Below, piece after piece: positions 64,000-64,000 of a stretch of 64,000 nt of DNA. Both the position numbers and the translations under genes were made by a program. Under the pieces are notes generated by a model. It searched no databases. It had not been told where the DNA came from and saw only the letters and a list, made by a program, of their open reading frames with translations. Source of the stretch: Kiritimatiellia bacterium (GTDB taxonomy: Bacteria; Verrucomicrobiota; Kiritimatiellia; JAAZAB01); the NCBI GenBank assembly GCA_040767085.1, contig JAXGPF010000003.1, positions 192,001 to 256,000 on the forward strand, read 5' to 3'. Each line of letters begins with the position of its first letter. Within the stretch, counting starts at the first letter, position 1.

Positions 64000-64000
64000 C

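Overview
Bacterial chromosome segment. The style of the secreted proteins and the LysR gene suggests a PVC-superphylum host such as Kiritimatiellae or Lentisphaerae (inference). Positions 1-41277 are the distal part of an integrative island. It has a tyrosine integrase at the left edge, the 3' half of tRNA-Gly(TCC) as att site at the right, and a satellite-like primase/helicase module whose helicase is split by a transposon. The island carries two defence clusters. Cluster 1 (1-16.3 kb) is an SNF2-DUF3883 helicase, DUF1156 methylase and DUF499 ATPase system, with a Schlafen-STAND-TPR gene and a DUF4062 gene nested inside it, followed by a NucS-like nuclease. Cluster 2 (16.4-28 kb) is the most unusual part. 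It runs LysR, a compact 534-aa Argonaute that keeps a full DEDD catalytic tetrad but has lost the usual 5'-phosphate pocket residues, an ABC/DUF3696 ATPase, an HDR-motif protein, a decayed TPR-OB gene, and an unclassified reverse transcriptase directly preceded by a ~110-nt structured candidate ncRNA. From 41.3 kb on the content is ordinary host DNA: secreted proteins, a LacI/amidohydrolase locus, gyrA, gyrB, prfC, vapBC and GHL6-type hydrolases. All family calls come from motif recognition by eye; no searches were run.
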